From positions 3,183-67,182 of the forward strand of contig JAIPGN010000002.1 of the NCBI GenBank assembly GCA_021735685.1: a stretch of 64,000 bases of DNA, in the 5' to 3' direction. Position numbers and translations under genes: made by a program. Positions 48,307 through 58,400 of the stretch are shown here, in pieces. The notes beneath the pieces are model-generated. The model was not told the origin of the DNA. It saw only the letters and a list, made by a program, of their open reading frames with translations, and made no database searches. The stretch is from Patescibacteria group bacterium (GTDB taxonomy: Bacteria > Patescibacteriota > Patescibacteriia > UBA2591 > UBA6264). Every line of letters starts with the position of its first letter. Position 1 is the stretch's first letter.

Positions 48307-50442
48307 TTATTCTTTTACCCGCACTAAGCTAATTTTGCCATCGTGACTAATATCTGCTATTTTTACTTTTATTTTATCTCCCTCTTTAACTAAATCACTA
48401 GGATGTTTAACATGATGATCGCTCATCTTAGAAATGTGCAATAACCCATCCTGACCTGGCGTCAATTCTATAAAGACCCCAAAATCCATAATCTTTACTA
48501 TCTTGCCCTCAAAAATCTCGCCTTTTTCTAATTCTCTAGTCAAATCTTTAACCCATTTGACTGCTTTTTCCAAAGAGTCTTTATCTGCTGAAGAAATGAA
48601 GACTCTTCCGTCTTGTTCAATGTCAATCAGAGCTCCTGTTTTTTCAATAATTTCATTGATGACCTTTCCTCCCGGGCCAATAACATCTCTAATTTTACTA
48701 GGATTAATCTGAAGAACAGTCACTCGAGGAGCATATTTAGATAAATTCTCGCGCGGAACGGCAATAGCTGCCTCCATTTTATCTAAAATATGAGTTCTCG
48801 CTTTTTGAGCAGCTTGCAAAGTTTCTTTAACGATTTCCATGGTTAACCCCTTAGTCTTAGTGTCCAACTGAATGGCAGTGACTCCTTCTTTGCTTCCAAT
48901 CACTTTAAAATCCATGCCTCCCGGACCGTCCTCTAAATCTTGGATATCAGTTAAAACCTGATAGCGTTTAAAACTGCCTTCGCCTTCTTCTGAAGCCAAG
49001 CCAATAGCAATACCCGCCACTGGTTTTTTGATTTGAATACCCGCGTCCATTAGGGCTAAAACTGAAGCGCAAAGAGAGGCCATTGAACTGGAACCATTAG
49101 AAGAAAGCACTTCGGAAACAAGACGAATAGTATAGGGAAACCCTTCTTCTTCGGGAATAATTGGCAACATTCCTTTTTCCGCTAAAGCTCCGTGACCAAT
49201 TTCTCTTCGGCCCGTAGAACGCATCGGACGAGCCTCTCCTGTACAAAAAGGAGGGAAATTATAATGATGCATAAAGCGCTTCTTAGATTCTTCTTCCATG
49301 GTGTCTAAATACTGTTCTGATCCAGGTGACCCCAAAGTAACAATAGACATAACTTGAGTTTCCCCTCTGGAAAAAACTGCGGAACCATGGACACGAGGCA
49401 AAGTACCAACCTCGCAATTCAAAGGTCTAACTTCATCAAGCTTTCGTCCGTCAATTCTTTTCTTTTCGTTTAAAATTGCCGAACTAACCTCTCGATAAAT
49501 TAATTTATTGGCATACTCTGTGGCCTTGACTCTCTTTTCTTTTCCGATGTTTTCTGCCTCTAGGACTTCTTCTACCTTCTGTCTAATCTTTTCCGCTGCT
49601 CCTATTCTATCTTGCTTACTTAATAATGGTTTAGCAAAAAGACACAAAGGCGCCTCTTTGGATACAATTTCTTCAGTCATCTTCAAAAGCTCTTCGCGAG
49701 TAGGATTCTCTTCAGAATATTCTTTCTTTTCTACCAAAGGAACCTTCTCCTTACCTACTTGATCTTGAATCTCTTTAATAAAGCTATTAACTTCCTGACA
49801 AGACTCTATTCCTTTTTGAATAGCCTCTTCCAAAGCTTCATTGCCGACATCTTCAGCCGCGGCCTCAATCATTAAAACTCGCCCCTGAGCTGCACTAACA
49901 AATAAGTTTAAATCACTTTTTTCTTGAATTTCAAGTTTGGGATTAATTTGCCAAGGTCCTTTTTCTCCATTTTCTTCAACTTTTCGACCAATTCTGACCC
50001 CAGCAATTGGACCCTGCCAATCAATATCTGAAACAGCCAAAGCCAAAGAAGCTGCTGTAAAAGCAACCACATCTGGATCGTTTTCTTGGTCAATAGATAA
50101 AACTGTTAAAACTACCTGCACTGCTCGCCGACAATCTTGATCAAAAAGAGGACGAATAGAGCGATCAATCATCCGCGCAGTTAAAACCGCTTCATCTGTA
50201 GGTCGAGTTTCTCTTTTAATAAAACGAGAACCCTTAATTTTGCCAGCAGCATAAAATTTTTCTTCATATTCTACAGATAAAGGAAAATAATCCACTCCCT
50301 CTCTTCCGCTAGGAGCTAAAACTGCTGTGGCTAAAACAGTAGTTTCGCCATATTGAACCAAGCAACTGCCATTAGCTTGATTAGCTAAATCTCCAATTTT
50401 TACTATCATTTTTTTACCTCCAATTTCTTTTGTAAATTCCAT
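48307..50442 (-). CDS. pnp: Polynucleotide phosphorylase
   Basis: Two RNase PH domains, KH ('IRDVIGPGGKVINEI') and S1 domains; 711 aa. Confidence 0.95.
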   Translation of the reverse strand: MEFTKEIGGKKMIVKIGDLANQANGSCLVQYGETTVLATAVLAPSGREGVDYFPLSVEYEEKFYAAGKIKGSRFIKRETRPTDEAVLTARMIDRSIRPLFDQDCRRAVQVVLTVLSIDQENDPDVVAFTAASLALAVSDIDWQGPIAGVRIGRKVEENGEKGPWQINPKLEIQEKSDLNLFVSAAQGRVLMIEAAAEDVGNEALEEAIQKGIESCQEVNSFIKEIQDQVGKEKVPLVEKKEYSEENPTREELLKMTEEIVSKEAPLCLFAKPLLSKQDRIGAAEKIRQKVEEVLEAENIGKEKRVKATEYANKLIYREVSSAILNEKKRIDGRKLDEVRPLNCEVGTLPRVHGSAVFSRGETQVMSIVTLGSPGSEQYLDTMEEESKKRFMHHYNFPPFCTGEARPMRSTGRREIGHGALAEKGMLPIIPEEEGFPYTIRLVSEVLSSNGSSSMASLCASVLALMDAGIQIKKPVAGIAIGLASEEGEGSFKRYQVLTDIQDLEDGPGGMDFKVIGSKEGVTAIQLDTKTKGLTMEIVKETLQAAQKARTHILDKMEAAIAVPRENLSKYAPRVTVLQINPSKIRDVIGPGGKVINEIIEKTGALIDIEQDGRVFISSADKDSLEKAVKWVKDLTRELEKGEIFEGKIVKIMDFGVFIELTPGQDGLLHISKMSDHHVKHPSDLVKEGDKIKVKIADISHDGKISLVRVKE

Positions 50443-50495
50443 AATTCTTTTTTTCTTAACAGAACCTCCTCTTGTCTTGGCTCTGATCTAATTAT

Positions 50496-51089
50496 TTATT
50501 TTTTATTTTTAATATTTCTTTTATTATTATTCTTTTTCCAACTATTGCCTTTATGCTTAGCAAAAGGAATTTTTTTGCGAATCAAAAATCCACCCTTCTC
50601 TTTTCCTAAATCAAAAGCGTCATCCACTTCCTCTATTAACTTGGAAGAAGTAGTTCTTCCAAAAGATAAAAGCTCTACTCGACAACCCTTGTTTTCCTTA
50701 AGATAACGAACTAAAGGGATAAAATCACCATCGCCAGTAACCAAAACCACTACGTCCAACTTGTCAGCTAATTTAATAGCATCTACGGCAATTCCTACAT
50801 CCCAGTCCGCTTTTTTCATCCCTCCGGGAAAAATTTGGAGGTCTTTAATTTTTAATTCAAAACCATATTTGGAAATAGTTTCAAAAAAAACTTGCTCTTC
50901 CGATGTATTAGAGCAAATTACATAAGCAATCGCCCGAATTAACTGGCGACTACCTACTGCTACGGTAAGAATTTTATCAAAATTGACGTTAGATCCGTAT
51001 AAATTCTTGCCCGAATGATACATATTCTGAACATCAACAAAAACTCCGACTCTTTGGTCTTTGTGTTGTTGGTCTTTATTTTTAGGCAT
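50496..51089 (-). CDS. NYN-domain (LabA-like, PIN-related) predicted ribonuclease
   Basis: 'VGVFVDVQNMYHS' and 'VVLVTGDGDFIPLV' match NYN/LabA acidic-residue blocks. Confidence 0.7.
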   Translation of the reverse strand: MPKNKDQQHKDQRVGVFVDVQNMYHSGKNLYGSNVNFDKILTVAVGSRQLIRAIAYVICSNTSEEQVFFETISKYGFELKIKDLQIFPGGMKKADWDVGIAVDAIKLADKLDVVVLVTGDGDFIPLVRYLKENKGCRVELLSFGRTTSSKLIEEVDDAFDLGKEKGGFLIRKKIPFAKHKGNSWKKNNNKRNIKNKK

Positions 51090-51090
51090 A

Positions 51091-51396
51091 TTATTTGCGT
51101 TTTATTTTCTTCAAAATTTTTTCGTAACTCTCAGAATCGTGAATTTTCAAATATTGAATAAATTTACGACGTTGGCTAACCTTTTGCACCAAACTCCTTC
51201 GAGCTGAAAAATCATGAATGTGTTTTTTTAAATGTTCGGCCAACTCCTTAATCTCCTTTCCTAAAAGGCCAATTTGAACTTCAGCCGAACCCGTATCTTG
51301 AGGTGTTTTTTGAAAATCTTTAATTACCTCCTCTTTTTTAAGGGAAGCTTCTTTCTCTTTTACCTTTTTTTCTTCTTTTTTTGCTTTTTTAACCAT
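51091..51396 (-). CDS. rpsO: Ribosomal protein uS15 with Lys-rich N-terminal extension
   Basis: 'GSAEVQIGLL...HLKKHIHDFSARRSL' S15 signature. Confidence 0.85.
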   Translation of the reverse strand: MVKKAKKEEKKVKEKEASLKKEEVIKDFQKTPQDTGSAEVQIGLLGKEIKELAEHLKKHIHDFSARRSLVQKVSQRRKFIQYLKIHDSESYEKILKKIKRK

Positions 51397-51599
51397 AAAT
51401 CTTTAATAAAATTTTATCTTATTACGTGTTTTAAGGGCAAAATACACCTTCTTATCATATCTAATTTCAAGATAAATGTCAAACTTTTCTAAAGCAAGAA
51501 GTGCTTTTTCAAAAATAAACCCATTTTTCACTTTTCCTTCGTTTTTCCAATAAAAATAAAGCGTCGTTAAATCTTGACAAAAAAATAATAAACCATAAA

Positions 51600-52550
51600 A
51601 TGATTAGCATGCCTAGCGAAATCAAAAAATTAATTACTGATTTTTTGGAATATTTAGAAATTGAAAAAGGTTGCAGTCCTTTGACCATCCGTAATTATAG
51701 TTTTTATCTTCAAAGATTTGTTGAACATGCTCAGATTAATTCAGCTTCAGAGATTAATAAAGAAAAAGTACGTCAATTTCGTCTTTGGCTATCTCGCCAA
51801 AAAAATTATCGGCAGGAAAACCTTTCTTTGGCTACTCAAAACTACCATTTAATCGCTTTACGTTGCTTTTTAAAATATCTTGCCGTTAAAGACATTAAAA
51901 CCTTAGCTCCAGAAAAAATCGAACTAGCTAAAACCGAAGAAAGACAAATTTCCTTTCTGGAGGGTCGTGATTTGGAAAACCTTTTAGAAGCTCCTTTAAA
52001 AGTTAAGCAAAAAAAAATCATTAGTTGGCGCGATAAAGCAATTCTGGAGCTTCTCTTTTCTACAGGTCTTCGAGTTTCTGAACTAACCAATCTCAAAAAA
52101 GAAAACATCAATTTGCAAAAAAATGAATTTAGTGTGCGAGGAAAGGGTAAAAAATGGCGATTAGTTTTTCTTTCTCAGCAAGCTAAACATTGGCTTAAAA
52201 AATATCTTGACCAAAGAACTGATTTTGACCCCTCTCTTTTCGTTCGTCACGATCGGGCTCGCTCTAATGATAAAAAATCCCTAGGAATCACTCCTCGTTC
52301 CGTACAAAGATTGGTGCAAAAATATGCCAAAGTAGCTGGTTTAACCCGTAAAATAAGCGTTCACACCTTGCGTCACAGCTTTGCTACTGACCTTCTTTCC
52401 GGAGGCGCTAATTTACGAGCCGTCCAGGAATTATTGGGACACCGGAACATCACTACTACTCAAATTTATACTCACGTCACCAATCAACATTTACGAGAAA
52501 TCTATCAAAATTTTCACGACCAAAAAAGAAAAAACAAAGAAAAAGAATAA
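51600..52550 (+). CDS. xerD: Tyrosine site-specific recombinase, XerC/XerD-like
   Basis: N-terminal core-binding 'LITDFLEYLEIEKGCSPLTIRNY'; C-terminal 'HTLRHSFATDLL...LGHRNITTTQIYTHV' (R-H-R-Y catalytic residues). Confidence 0.85.
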   Translation: MISMPSEIKKLITDFLEYLEIEKGCSPLTIRNYSFYLQRFVEHAQINSASEINKEKVRQFRLWLSRQKNYRQENLSLATQNYHLIALRCFLKYLAVKDIKTLAPEKIELAKTEERQISFLEGRDLENLLEAPLKVKQKKIISWRDKAILELLFSTGLRVSELTNLKKENINLQKNEFSVRGKGKKWRLVFLSQQAKHWLKKYLDQRTDFDPSLFVRHDRARSNDKKSLGITPRSVQRLVQKYAKVAGLTRKISVHTLRHSFATDLLSGGANLRAVQELLGHRNITTTQIYTHVTNQHLREIYQNFHDQKRKNKEKE

Positions 52551-52592
52551 AAATCCTATGCTTTCACCATCCCCATCCCTGCATTTTTAAAA

Positions 52593-52669
52593 ATGTACGA
52601 GGTCGAACCTCGTACATAGCATGGTTAAGCTGTTTTAGAGGCAAATGTACGAGGTCGAACCTCGTACAT
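52593..52669. repeat. 77-bp unit A: palindrome-27 nt spacer-palindrome (ATGTACGAGGTCGAACCTCGTACAT x2)
   Basis: Perfect 25-bp palindromes at 52593-52617 and 52645-52669 separated by 'agcatggttaagctgttttagaggcaa'; 43 bp after the recombinase stop. Confidence 0.85.
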
Positions 52670-52706
52670 GCCCACCTAAATACTTACTAAATGCTCATAA
52701 ACTTAT

Positions 52707-52781
52707 GCCCCCATAGTTCAACGGATAGAACACCAGCCTTCTAAGCTGGATATAGAGGTTCGATTCCTCTTGGGGGTGCCA
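52707..52781 (+). tRNA. tRNA-Arg (anticodon TCT)
   Basis: Cloverleaf: D-stem GTTC/GAAC, anticodon stem CCAGC/GCTGG with loop CTTCTAA, T-arm AGAGG-TTCGATT-CCTCT, CCA encoded. Confidence 0.8.
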
Positions 52782-52800
52782 TTTCCCACCAAAGTCTCAT

Positions 52801-52874
52801 GGCGGCTATAGTTTAATGGTAGAACAGCGGGTTGTGGTCCCGCTAGCGAGAGTTCGATTCTCTCTAGTCGCCCC
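52801..52874 (+). tRNA. tRNA-His (anticodon GTG) with encoded G-1
   Basis: G-1 pairs with C73; anticodon stem GCGGG/CCCGC with loop TTGTGGT; T-arm GAGAG-TTCGATT-CTCTC. Confidence 0.8.
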
Positions 52875-52880
52875 TCAAAA

Positions 52881-52912
52881 ACATCTCTTTTTCAAGAGGT
52901 GTTTTTGTTTTT
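52881..52912 (+). terminator. Rho-independent terminator after tRNA-His
   Basis: Hairpin ACATCTCTT-tttc-AAGAGGTGT followed by TTTTTGTTTTT. Confidence 0.55.
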
Positions 52913-52930
52913 CGGAAAATGCTCAAAAAA

Positions 52931-53007
52931 ATGTACGAGGTCGAACCTCGTACATAGCATGGTTAAGCTGTTTTAGAGGCAAATGTACGAGGTCGAACCT
53001 CGTACAT
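52931..53007. repeat. 77-bp unit B, identical to unit A (palindromes at 52931-52955 and 52983-53007)
   Basis: Same 25-bp palindromes and the same 27-nt spacer as unit A; together they bracket the tRNA-Arg/tRNA-His pair. Confidence 0.85.
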
Positions 53008-53062
53008 GGCACATGGCATATGGATTGCGCTTGATCCATATTTTTCTGCAATAAAAAATTAT

Positions 53063-54520
53063 TTAAAAAACAGGAGAGCCCTCTTGATAAGATTGAATCT
53101 CTTGCGTGCTAATTTTAACCACATCTTCAAAAGAAAAACCAATTCTTTCTAAAGCTTGTGGAGAAACCACCCATCTTTTTATTTTTTGATCTAAAAAATA
53201 AACCTTATCTTGGCCAGGTGCTTGAATTAAGTAATTCCGAGGCAAGGACTGAATAATGTCACTACTAACATCAATCACATTTTTTAAGCCTCCATAGAGC
53301 TCAGCCATGGTTTGATTAAAAACTTCACGAACGGTTCCATTGTTCTCTACTATATAAATTTTGCCGTCTAACTCATTTCTAATAAAACGAGCTAAAGGCA
53401 ATTCTTGAATAGTGGACCCCATTTCTACTATTTCTTCCCAAACTCCACCTGCTGTTTCAAAAACCTGAGGACTATTAAGCCACAAACGAAAACCATCTAA
53501 ATTAAGATAAACTTTTTCTTGGTCCTTGGCTTTAACAAACCGCACATCATCTCCATTTCCTCCTTCTTCTTCATCAAAAAAACGAATCGCTGGATCAGGT
53601 TCATAAACCGAAACTGAGGTTAAACAAAATAGAGGAGGTTGACAATTGATTCCCAGAGCTTCTCCTTGCCAAGAATCCTCAAAACGATCAGAATTTTCTT
53701 CCTCTAATTTCACCCAAAGCAAAAAATCATTACCCGAACGATTAGTCAAGTAACCGTATTTATAATCCTCGGCCACTCCTTGAACTTGATCTCGAAAATT
53801 TCGTTTGTAATTCGTGCGGTGATTTAAAGTTGCTGAATCTAAAATTTTCTCCAAAGCTTCCCATTGCTCATCTTTATCTAAACTAGACTCGCTAACAATT
53901 GGATATTGAGCAAATTCTTGATGATATTTATCCAAAGCTCTCTGCACCCTTTTTAAATCATAAACCCGACTTCGATCTCTGTTTCGCGGAGCTCTTTCCG
54001 AAAAATCTTTTAATTCTAATTTAAGATTTAATTCATTTAACTCTGGCGTTAAATAAGAATTAGAGGTGGCTAGAAAAACTTTAAGACGAACCTTTTTGGC
54101 CACCAAGGGCGGCTCAAAAGGAACTCCCCAGTTAAGAGGATATTCTCTTAAATCATCCCCAAAGCTAGCGTAAAGTAGAATTCTAGTTCCTGAGGGCTGG
54201 CTATAAGCGCCAGTGACAGTCAGTGAAAAAATATGAGGATTAAATCTGATGTCTTCGGTCCATAGAACTCCTGAAGAATTGAAATTTCCGACCTCGCCAT
54301 CTAAAGTGATTTTTCCCCTTTCCCAATGAACCGTGCTGTAATCCCAATCAATAATAGAAGAATACCTAAAATCATATTCTTCTTCATCTTTTATAATTGG
54401 CGCCGGGCCCAAAGAAAAAACTGACCTTACCGGAACCAGCAAAGCCAAAAAAATTAAAAACAATTTCCAGTGCAATCTTTTCATATCAAGTATTAAAGCA
54501 AAAAATAGCCATTTTGTCAA
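53063..54520 (-). CDS. Secreted hypothetical protein
   Basis: Signal peptide 'LFLIFLALLVPVRSVFS'; 485 aa, Trp/Tyr-rich, no known motif. Confidence 0.5.
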   Translation of the reverse strand: MTKWLFFALILDMKRLHWKLFLIFLALLVPVRSVFSLGPAPIIKDEEEYDFRYSSIIDWDYSTVHWERGKITLDGEVGNFNSSGVLWTEDIRFNPHIFSLTVTGAYSQPSGTRILLYASFGDDLREYPLNWGVPFEPPLVAKKVRLKVFLATSNSYLTPELNELNLKLELKDFSERAPRNRDRSRVYDLKRVQRALDKYHQEFAQYPIVSESSLDKDEQWEALEKILDSATLNHRTNYKRNFRDQVQGVAEDYKYGYLTNRSGNDFLLWVKLEEENSDRFEDSWQGEALGINCQPPLFCLTSVSVYEPDPAIRFFDEEEGGNGDDVRFVKAKDQEKVYLNLDGFRLWLNSPQVFETAGGVWEEIVEMGSTIQELPLARFIRNELDGKIYIVENNGTVREVFNQTMAELYGGLKNVIDVSSDIIQSLPRNYLIQAPGQDKVYFLDQKIKRWVVSPQALERIGFSFEDVVKISTQEIQSYQEGSPVF

Positions 54521-54572
54521 TCCTTTAGAGCTGAACCCCTATGACAAGTTTCCCAATTTGAGTCTGTGTAAT

Positions 54573-55397
54573 TTATTTTACAGAGATTCTTTTCTTTAAA
54601 AGGATTAAAACAATTAAGATAATAATTAAAACTGAAATGCCAATAAAAAAATAAGGTTTTATGGATTGAAAATCAACAACACCCTGATCTTCTTCATTAT
54701 CACCCAAAATCAAAAAATTCATCTCTTCTTCGTTGATTAATTCCGGAGAAGAAAAGATGAAATTTAAATCCTCATCGCGACGAGGTAAAATTCTTAATTC
54801 TTCATTACTTAAACTTAAAACTCCGGTCACTTTTAAAAAATCCCCTTCTTGGTATTTTCTTTTATCGATTTCAGCGTGATCTTTAAAATAAATAACAATT
54901 TCTCTTTCCCCATCTTTTAAAAAAAGACGGGGACTCTTCTTTTCAATGACTTGTCCTTGAACTTGAATTAAACTCCCCACTAAAGAAAGCTCAACATCTT
55001 GAGTGCTTATCAATAAAGGAGAAATTAACTCATCTTTTCCTAAAACTTCAATATCAGCCTTTTCTTTGATTTTAATCCTTTTCTCTCCCTGGGCCTGAGA
55101 AACAACTCCTCTTACTTTAACTTTATCCCCTTCTTCTAATTCTGGGAAATCTTTGTAATAAGAATAAATTTGACAACCGTTAATATAAAAAAATTGGAGC
55201 CCTAAGGCTCCCGGCAAGGCCACTACTGTTCCTTGAGTTTCCACTCGAGAATCTATGACCATTTCTTTAACTTCTTGGGGCTCTATATATTGATAATCAA
55301 CCGCAAAAATTTCTCCTTGCCCAAGAAAAGGCAAAAAAAACCCTAACCAGAAAATAAAAATAATCAATATTTTGCTTTTATTGTCCATCATAAACAA
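54573..55397 (-). CDS. Hypothetical protein with N-terminal signal anchor and C-terminal TM + KKR tail
   Basis: N-terminal 'ILIIFIFWLGFFLPFLG'; C-terminal 'YFFIGISVLIIILIVLILLKKRISVK'. Confidence 0.45.
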   Translation of the reverse strand: MFMMDNKSKILIIFIFWLGFFLPFLGQGEIFAVDYQYIEPQEVKEMVIDSRVETQGTVVALPGALGLQFFYINGCQIYSYYKDFPELEEGDKVKVRGVVSQAQGEKRIKIKEKADIEVLGKDELISPLLISTQDVELSLVGSLIQVQGQVIEKKSPRLFLKDGEREIVIYFKDHAEIDKRKYQEGDFLKVTGVLSLSNEELRILPRRDEDLNFIFSSPELINEEEMNFLILGDNEEDQGVVDFQSIKPYFFIGISVLIIILIVLILLKKRISVK

Positions 55398-55434
55398 TAA
55401 ATATTAAAATTGAAATTTTATTCTCTTTGAAGAA

Positions 55435-58400
55435 TTATTCTTCTTGAATCTCAGCTGGTGGGAAACAAATCGTATTCCCCCAAGGACAACAAGAACTAAG
55501 TCCGCCGGGGCAGTCTTCCCATTCACAGCTAGAAGAAGGAGACTCTCCTGCGTCTGTAACAGCAGTCACTTGATAATAATAGTCTACATAAGGCAAAATT
55601 CTCTGATCAGTATAACAACAAACACTAGAATCATCCTGCCCTTTTCCACAATTATTATCCTCTACTCCTAAAACATGACAGACTTCAGTCAGAGAACAAT
55701 TGTCTTGGCCACAATCACCCGCTTCATAATCTACTCTAACGCTTTCCTGGCTACGAATAGCGTCATAAAAAGACAAATTATCAATCAAGCCATGGAAATA
55801 TCCCGGAGATCCTCCGTTGCTAGCGCCGATTAATAAATCATTCGTGCTTAAAGGCGCAATTGAATCAAGAATATAAGAAGAGGTTTTATCTAAAAGCCCA
55901 TCAATATAAAAAGTAACTGTTCCTTGTCCAGATTGATGATTACGGATAGCAACCAAATGGTGCCAATCCGTGTCATCAATTAAAGTATCACTTTTAATTT
56001 CTATTTTTTCAGTAACCCCATCTCCAAAAATAAGAGCTAATAAGTCATCAGAGCCAATTTCCCAACGCAAGAAACGATTAATATCATCTTCTGAGTCTTT
56101 GTTGTCAGAAAAAATAACATCTCGAGTGCCAGCAGAACTCCTCTTCACCCAAGCCTGAAGGGTAATGGTCTCGCTATCAAATTCTTCACTGTTGGGAATA
56201 ATAATATAATTACTTGTGCCGTTAAACTCTCCGGCATTATTAAATAAGCCATTTGTATTTGGCGTAGCTCCAAAAGACGTCCCGTGATGAGTTGAATCAG
56301 AACCAGAAGAATCTTTAACCTCTTCTGACGTCCCATCCCAATCTTCCTCATTCATTTTCCAATGAGCAGTTAAATTAGTATAATCCATAGCTTCTCCTAA
56401 ATGACCAATAACGGCAAAGTCTTCCGCCGTGCTTAAAGAATTATAAATATTGTAGCCACTCGCTGTTTCTGATAAATCCCAATAAACTTCTATTTCGCCA
56501 CAAGTATTATCATCAATTTCCACATTTTCTGGAGAGCAAAGGGTTGTTCTTTGCCAAACCGGACCCTCCGAATTATAAGTAGAACCAGTTTCATTATGAG
56601 CTTCAATTTTGTAACAATAACCAGTATCTGAGCTAAGTCCCACATCCTGAACATTAAACTCTTCTCCACTTAAAACATTATATTCTACGTAAGAACAAGT
56701 AGCGCAATCACTTGCCTCAACATTATCGCAACGATGATAAGTATAGCTTTCCGCCCAGTCCGATGACTCCCATTGAATTAAAAGCTGTTCACATCCTTCC
56801 GTGTTAGTTACGGACACACTATTAAAATCAGCTGGTTCTGGAGGATCACCATAATCATGATCATTATCGCCCCAGCCCACACAATAAGGATCTTGCTTCT
56901 GGTAATCACGAAGAACTTGGGTTGGTGTGCGAGCAACTTCGTAGATAGAAACATTATCAATCAAGCCTCGGAAATAAGAATCACCTCTTAAAAAACGTCC
57001 CCCAATTGATAAACTTAAGTTATTGGACAAGTCACTAATCTCTCCAAAACTATCAACCGAACCAGTGACCTCTCCATCTAAATACCTAGTAATGGTTCCT
57101 TGAGCTCGATCAAAAACCACAGCTACGTGATTCCAAGTATTGAGAGTTAAATAATTAGAATCAGGAGTATCAGCTTTACTATTTGCCTCATCTCTTAAAT
57201 ACCAAGAAATTCCCCCGTTATAATCCAATCCAATCTCATAACCAGGACCGCTATTTCTTTTGACGATAGGCAAAGATCCACTAGTCTTAAAAAAGTCCAT
57301 GGGCTTAACCCAAAACTGAATTGTAAAACTTTCCGCATCATTAAAATCCAACTTTTCGCTATCAGCAATTTCAATATAATCATTTAAACCGTCAAATTGA
57401 CCGGCATTATTAAAAAGACCATCGGAGTTAGGACTAGCCCCACTAGCTATTCCTTGATTACCCTCGCCACTGCTATCTACCACTGGAATAGAGCTGCCGG
57501 TATTAGTCGACCAACTCGGTTCATCCATCATCCAATTACCCACTAATCCCTCTGAATCCATAGTGGTATCGGCATGACGATTAGCCATATATCCTCCCAT
57601 TGTATAAAAAGGGCTATAATTATTTAAATAAATGCCCCAAATTTTTCCTTGTTTAGTTGCTCCTCGTAAGTTAAGCCAACCGGCGTTTTCCAAATTAATA
57701 ACCTTGGCCCAACCAGAAACCTCTATTTTGGCATCTGCCCAAACATCACGTGCACTTCTTCCAAAAGTCAAACCGATATTATTACAAGTCCAAAGAGAAA
57801 CATTATCAATTAAACCAGTAAAATAACTATCCATTTGACCCGAGCTTCCCTTTTTCGCTCCCAAATAAAAATCATTATTTAAATCTTCCAAAAAAGATGG
57901 AATCTCGCCTAAAATTTCTGAACTAACCGACAGACCATCAATAAAGATTTGCAAAAAAGCATCTTTATCACTAGTGGCGGTTATATATTTACCGGTTAAA
58001 TGATGCCATTTAGTGACATCAGTAATCAAAGCATTACGGCAAAAAGCACCCTTACCCTCACAGTCCTCATCCGAGGAACACTGCTCTCCTTGGTTTACTC
58101 CCCCGAAACAAAGGCCTCTCCTCTGTTTAACAGTAGCTTCTTCCCCACCATTACCTACTGAAAAATTAAGCTTATTTTCTTGATCAAACCAAAGACGATA
58201 ACTTTTTTCACCCGTAGATTCATCCCATTTGCTTAAAATTGTCTGCTCTCTGTTAATCTCTCCTCTTTTCACCCAAGCTTCAATAGTTAAATTATCACTT
58301 ATACTTAAACTTGGACTATCCAACGCATAAAGATAACTATTTTCTCCATTAAATTGCAAAGCATCGTCAAATTTTCCCTTCGCCAGGCTTGGCGAGACTC

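Noticed and set aside
52593-52669. Repeat-spacer-repeat architecture resembling a minimal CRISPR array (25-bp palindromic repeat, 27-nt spacer), present twice
   Set aside because: There are only two repeats per unit. The 'spacer' is identical in both units, so the whole 77-bp unit is duplicated. No cas genes or leader are present. The same palindrome also occurs singly after rpmE.
52816-53034. 72-aa plus-strand ORF
   Set aside because: Runs through tRNA-His, the terminator and repeat unit B.
51600-53062. Classical tRNA-integrated genomic island (tRNA attB - attL - integrase ... attR) to explain the accessory block
   Set aside because: The recombinase lies on the 5' side of the tRNAs, next to core rpsO/pnp. 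The direct repeats bracket only the 337-bp tRNA pair, not the 11-kb secreted-protein block.
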